This document shows positions 62,950 through 64,000 of a stretch of DNA of 64,000 nucleotides, in pieces. The number at the start of each line of letters is the position of its first letter. Position 1 is the first letter of the stretch. Made by a program: the position numbers and the translations under genes. Where the stretch lies: positions 36,270,001-36,334,000 of the forward strand of contig NC_086379.1 of assembly GCF_036588685.1 (NCBI RefSeq). Reading direction: 5' to 3'. The notes below the pieces were generated by a model that was not told the DNA's origin, ran no database searches, and worked only from the letters and a program-made list of their open reading frames with translations. This stretch comes from Mytilus trossulus (lineage: Eukaryota).

Positions 62950-63759
62950 GTGATATTAAACTTAATTATATCCCTTTCAATAACAAAAAAGTTATTGAAC
63001 GATCAGGAAATTCATTATGATATAAAGATCAAGCTGGTCAGGTCAATTAAGTTTTCTTACATTTAAAAAAATAACTAACATTTTTTTTCATAAACTTTTA
63101 TTATGAATATTATAATTTCCCTTGGTAAGGCCCTATAATTAAGTCAATTCTTTCAATAACAAAAAAGCAATTAACATTTTCTACATTGGTCAGGACATTA
63201 GTCACTGCAGAGTCGACGTTGGTCAGGTCAAGTTTTCTAACACTTAAAATTAGTTTTTTTAATATTTTTTCTTATATCTCTGTATTCAATGTTAGAATCT
63301 TCCTTGACATCAAATTTGAAGTCGAACCTTCAAAGAACTAAAAAGTTATTAGCATTTTACATCGGTCAGGACATTAGTCACGGGAGTACGTAGTTGGTCA
63401 GGTCAAGTTTTCTAACTCTTGAAAATATTTTTTTTCTTATTTTTTCTTATATTTTTGTATCAAATGTATTAATCTTCCTTGGTATCAAATTTGAAGTCTA
63501 GCCTGTCAATAATAAAACATTTTTTAGCCGTTTCATATCGGTCAGGACATTAGTAGTTTCAAAGTCAAGTTGGTCAGGTCAAGTTTTCTAACTCTTAAAA
63601 ATATTTTTTTATTTTTTTTAAATTTTATTTATTAAATATAAGTTCTCATCTTGCTTGATTCCAAATTTCAAGTAAATCCTTCAGATAATAAAAAAGTATT
63701 AAGCATTTACATTTCTGTCAGGACATTGTCAGGTCATTGTCAGGACATTAGTGTAACCC
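62950..63759. repeat. About 180-bp tandem repeat (4-5 diverged units), possibly a transposon subterminal array ending GTAACCC|TTAA
   Basis: TGGTCAGGTCAA recurs at about 63036, 63220, 63395 and 63572. TCAGGACATTAGT recurs with the same period. Confidence 0.7.
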
Positions 63760-63847
63760 TTAAATTTGGTGTCCTAGCTTTATCAATATTTCGGTACATC
63801 TTTGGATTTTTCCCAGTCTTCAACCTTAAAACCTGAAGGACGGAAAT

Positions 63848-63983
63848 ATGGCTGACAATAATACCTCTGATGAAAATAAAACAGAAACTGAAGAAAAACC
63901 ACCAGAATCACCGCCAAATACGAATGCAAATACTGCTCAGACACCTCTCAATGAAAGCCCTACACATTCGTCCAAATCAAAAA
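63848..63983 (+). CDS. Possible first coding exon of an unidentified gene (runs off window)
   Basis: CGGAAATATGGCT start context; MADNNTSDENKTETEEKPPESPPNTNANTAQTPLNESPTHSSKSK, then a GTAAAA donor. No recognisable domain. Confidence 0.4.
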
Positions 63984-64000
63984 GTAAAAAAAATAATTAA

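Overview
AT-rich, intron-rich animal genomic DNA. The repeat families suggest a bivalve mollusc, probably Mytilus-like, but this is an inference. I reconstructed three host genes exon by exon with consistent splice phases: BPTF/NURF301 (+, 23 coding exons, 5465-32773, about 2707 aa), PIGX (-, 5 coding exons, 43313-38169, 238 aa) and CHMP6/VPS20 (+, 8 exons, 45201-58844, 206 aa). PIGX and CHMP6 lie head-to-head, and a possible first exon of a fourth gene starts at 63848. CHMP6 intron 2 holds the two most interesting objects. The first is an intact 5.2-kb Mutator-like transposon (46294-51523; TIRs with phased GCGCCCGGG arrays, 8-bp TSD). It encodes a spliced 977-aa protein fusing a PHD finger, a vertnin-like OTU protease with intact Cys/His and a MULE DDE transposase. 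The second is a 2.5-copy, 347-bp retrozyme array with three hammerhead ribozymes. Each monomer circle carries a 116-codon ORF that runs exactly once around the circle and stops on its own start codon (ATGA). Also present: a decayed Penelope-like (Naiad-type) retroelement with a SECIS-like hairpin in its 3' UTR, a further hammerhead in a PIGX intron, recurrent duplications of exon ends with their splice donors, many MITEs, Helentron-like elements and SINEs, and a 25-bp minisatellite with 225-bp higher-order structure.
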